Shown: positions 60,579 through 64,000 of the stretch, one piece after another
Layout of the letters: every line of letters begins with the position of its first letter
Position numbering within the stretch: position 1 is the stretch's first letter
Position numbers and translations under genes: made by a program
The notes under the pieces: generated by a model
What the model saw: the letters and a program-made list of their open reading frames with translations, nothing else
Told to the model about the DNA's origin: nothing
The model's database searches: none
Source: Macrostomum lignano
Lineage: Eukaryota
DNA: 64,000 bases
Direction: 5' to 3'
NCBI GenBank assembly: GCA_002269645.1
Contig: NIVC01000830.1
Location: 1-64,000 of the forward strand

Positions 60579-61525
60579 TATTCTGCACTCGCAAAGCCGT
60601 TTCGGTACAAGAATTCAACTTATTTTCCCAAAACTGGAGCATAAGATTTCTTATTCTCAATTTCTTGGCTTACTTCTTTTCCGGTGGGACTTAGACCAAC
60701 TTCTCCTGTGCTTATTCCCAAATCCCAAGCCTTTGCTTTGATCAGTTCATCCCGCCCAGCACACCGGAGTTCCACTCAGTCTTGCCCTCTCCCTGCCCAC
60801 TCAGTGCATTTGGATCTGAAACAAGAAACTCCCCCCCCCCCCAGTTCCGCAGATTTATGCTAAGCTACACTCTACAGCCGGGCTATAAAAGTGCATTATT
60901 TATCGCGGCGGAATTGGGCAGATACAAAATAAATATAGAGAAATAGGGGAGAGAGAGCGAATAGAGAATGGAGTACAGCAAAAATTGGTGGGTTCCTAAT
61001 TGGAAGGGAAATGTTTTGAAAAATTTAAATCCAAGATTTAACATTATAGGCCCGATATGTATCGAAAGTAAAGTTTACTACGCAACTGGTACGGAAAATG
61101 GCAATAATATTTTTCTTGAAGGGTCCAGCAGTTCTGTATTTTATAATGCGGTCCACAGTGCACTGGTGGACAAACACACAGAGAAAAACGAAACGTCGAA
61201 GCAGAAGAGGAAAAAGAACAAACTGACAGCCTGTTAGGGGGGGGGGGGAGACGGGGCATACCAAAAGTGCTTTGCGCGCGGTGCTAGGGGTAGGGAGCGC
61301 AGTCCCCCCCCTCATTCCTAGCCTCCTCAATGCAGTAGATCCCCTCCTCAAGTTCATTCCCGTCCTTCCCGACCTCAGCTGCAGCGCGGGAGGGTTGCCA
61401 TCGGCCCTTCTTCCCCTTCCCGCCATAGGTGGGGTAGAGGGGGGGGGGTTGTGGCGGCATCCGCCAACGCCATCTGCACCGCTCTCTCGTCGCCCTCCGC
61501 CTCTCAACTGGATTCGGCGGAAAGT

Positions 61526-61527
<2 letters not shown>

Positions 61528-61571
<44 letters not shown>
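61528..61571. repeat. (GA)n microsatellite
   Basis: Pure run. Confidence 0.95.
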
Positions 61572-61575
<4 letters not shown>

Positions 61576-61944
61576 ATGGAGATAATAAAAAGGCGGCAAA
61601 TGCGAGTTTTTTTCCTAACGAGAAAAACGAGCTTAAAATAAGGCCGTTTTAGAAGGAAAGTCAGGCATTGAATTCCCCGTCTGCCTGCTTTGCCGCCGCC
61701 CACACGTGCACAGCCTTCCACTTGTCCGATCGCTGCATGGAGACTGCCGGGGCTGCCTGTTCGGCCGGCCGGATACAGAAGCGACTCAATCCGGTTAGGA
61801 CCGGTTCCTTGGACCTGGTGAGTGTCCTCAGCGTAGCGGGTTTTTGATGCCGCAGAGGCTGTCGGGAGCAAAAGGCACTTTTCTATCACTGAGGTTATCA
61901 GTCAGCTCCATCATTTCCTGTCATACGGATGTTCGCATTACGGG

Positions 61945-62330
61945 TTGCTGACGTCATAGGGAATTCAGTGTTACCGGTTGCTGATGTCATAGGGAATTCA
62001 GTGTTACCGGTTGCTGACGTCATGTCAGTGTTACCGGTTGCTGATGTCACAGGGAATTCTGTGTTACCGGTTGCTGACGTCATGTCATTGTTACCGGTTG
62101 CTGACGTCATGTCAGTGTTACCGGTTGCTGATGTCATGTCAGTGTTACCGGTTGCTGATGTCATGTCAGTGTTACCGGTTGCTGATGTCATGTCCGTGTT
62201 ACCGGTTGCTGATGTCATGTCAGTGTTACCGGTTGCTGATGTCATGTCAGTGTTACAGGTTGCTGATGTCATGTCAGTGTTACCGATTGCTGACGTCATG
62301 TCAGTGTTACCGGTTGCTGACGTCACAGGA
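61945..62330. repeat. 27/33-bp minisatellite (GTGTTACCGGTTGCTGATGTCATGTCA)
   Basis: About 13 units. Confidence 0.93.
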
Positions 62331-63267
62331 TGTGAGCAGCACGGATTTCAGAGGGTAGAAAAGCCTTACGTAAATTCAGAGTTCACTAATTGCCATTCTA
62401 GCAGCTCACCCGGATGCACTGAGGCCAGAACTGAATTCAATCAGCCAGTGAAGCCCACATTCAATTCCCAACCCCAGCTTTGTCCCAGCGGTGCAATCTT
62501 TGAACGAACTGAGTGCACCGGAGGCCCCGAGGCGGCAACCGAGAGGGCGGGATTGCGGAGTACTCGCTATATTAAATGGGTCCCATCGGTGGATTAGAAA
62601 CCGCCCTTTGAAGTCCGCAGTGGCAGCAGCCAAGATGATGGATACAAGGCCTCTACAGTAATTAATACGAAGAAGCGCTGGGCAGGACGGGGGGGGGTAG
62701 CGGGGCTGCCGCAGTCACGCGCGCGCACGTCTCTCGCAGATTCGGGCTGGCAGACAATTTCACGCGCTCTGGATATTTTTAGTAGCGCATTAGCCGCATC
62801 GATCTGCGGATAGCGCCGCTCGGCCAGACTCAAATCTCCATAGCGCCATCCCCAGAGTTGGGCAAGCCTCACCTGAGGCCAAATTTGTCATTGGGAAGCT
62901 GAGAAAGGAATGCGTGCAGAAGTGTCAGTCACGGGAATTGATCTCCCATTCCTTGTACTGCTGCTCAGACTAAAGAGCCTTCCCGACTAAGTACATCACT
63001 GCTGAGAGGATAAATATAGGCCTGCAACTTCTAGAATCCTGCCTTCAAGGTCTCTAATGATTCTCAAAGAGCTGCCGGCGTGGCCCTAAAATTATCCCAG
63101 CTGCAGACCTAGAAAGGACTGAGGAGAGCTCAGGACACGGATAATGACAGGGGAGGCAGGCGGTGAGTGCTTCTGAGCACTTTTCCCTTAGAAAGCGACT
63201 TCGTTAGCCAAGTGTATAGTTTAGCCTGGTGCTATTCTGAGTGCTTCGCGCAAACCCCCGCACGCAG

Positions 63268-64000
63268 GAGAGCTCCAACACGCGGAGAGGCAGCTTCGAC
63301 AGCTGCTCCGGCCTCGGCAGCGGCGGCGAAGGCGACGGCAGCGGCGGCGGCAACGGCGCCGATTCAGCGAGCGAAGACTCGAGCGGCAGCGTGGAACAGC
63401 TGGAGGAGCTGACCACCTGCGCCATCCACCTGGGCCAGCTGTCGCAGCCGCGGCTGCTGCCCTGCTCGCACGTGTTCTGCCTTGCGTGCCTGGCCCGCTG
63501 GGAGAGCCAGCAGCAGCAGAAGAAGCAGCAGCAACAGGTGCCGGCTTCGCACGGCAGCCTGGCCTGTCCGCTCTGTCGCGTGTCCGTTCGCCTGCCGCCG
63601 GACGGAGTTCGAGCCCTGCCCACGGCGGCCGCTCACCAGTCCATCGCCGACTACATCGCCGAGAGGCACTGCCGTCGGCTGCAGCTGTCGTTGGGTGGCG
63701 ACAGTCCGGTCTGCGCCAGGAGCTCCACGCGGAGGCGCAGCCTCGAACGAAAGCAGGAGATCCTCGCCCATCTGGCCAAGGACTTCGTCCGCCGGTCCGA
63801 GCTGGAGCGGGACGCCTTCGACCGCGCCGAACTGCTGGCTGTCCGAGAGAACCTCAACAAGCTGATCAGCCGGCTGGACGCCGAGGACGGGGCGACTAGA
63901 GGGAAGCTGGGCAACCCGGCGCAGCCGAATCGAAGAGGACGCGACGCCAGGCAGCCGCTGCTGCCGCCTCCGCCGCCGCCGCCATCGGACACGGCGCAGC
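63268..64000 (+). CDS. RING-finger (TRIM/RING-HC-like) protein exon, runs off the window end
   Basis: This frame is not in the ORF track: acceptor CACGCAG|GAG then ESSNTRRGSF...LEELTTCAIHLGQLSQPRLLPCSHVFCLACL...LACPLCRVSVRLPPDGVRALP. Open to 64000; the start exon was not identified. Confidence 0.85.

Noticed and set aside
59400-62880. Possible LTR or transposon-end fragments around poly-C/poly-G tracts
   Set aside because: I could not pair any direct or inverted termini or find coding motifs.

Overview
This is eukaryotic (animal) genomic DNA with GC-rich exons, spliceosomal introns and very dense micro- and minisatellites. The style suggests a flatworm such as Macrostomum, but that is inference only. 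Most long ORFs in the six-frame track are tandem-repeat artefacts. Supported genes: two intronless divergent class-A-like GPCRs, an intronless innexin, a 3-exon calmodulin-like gene with a GC-AG intron, a 3-exon orphan secreted protein, an ankyrin-repeat exon that splices in frame to a catalytically intact caspase exon, YJU2/CCDC94, a multi-exon plakin-like (spectrin repeat + SH3) gene with a TQT-rich 54-aa repeat tail, and the start of a RING-finger gene. Mobile DNA includes Gypsy gag and pol relics, a CORE-type tRNA SINE, several MITEs, a foldback element and a strongly CpG-depleted KDZ/Zisupton-type transposase relic. Best leads are the ANK-caspase fusion, the KDZ relic with its CpG desert, the plakin/TQT-repeat protein and the orphan secreted protein. 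All gene models were built by eye and none has been checked against transcripts or databases.
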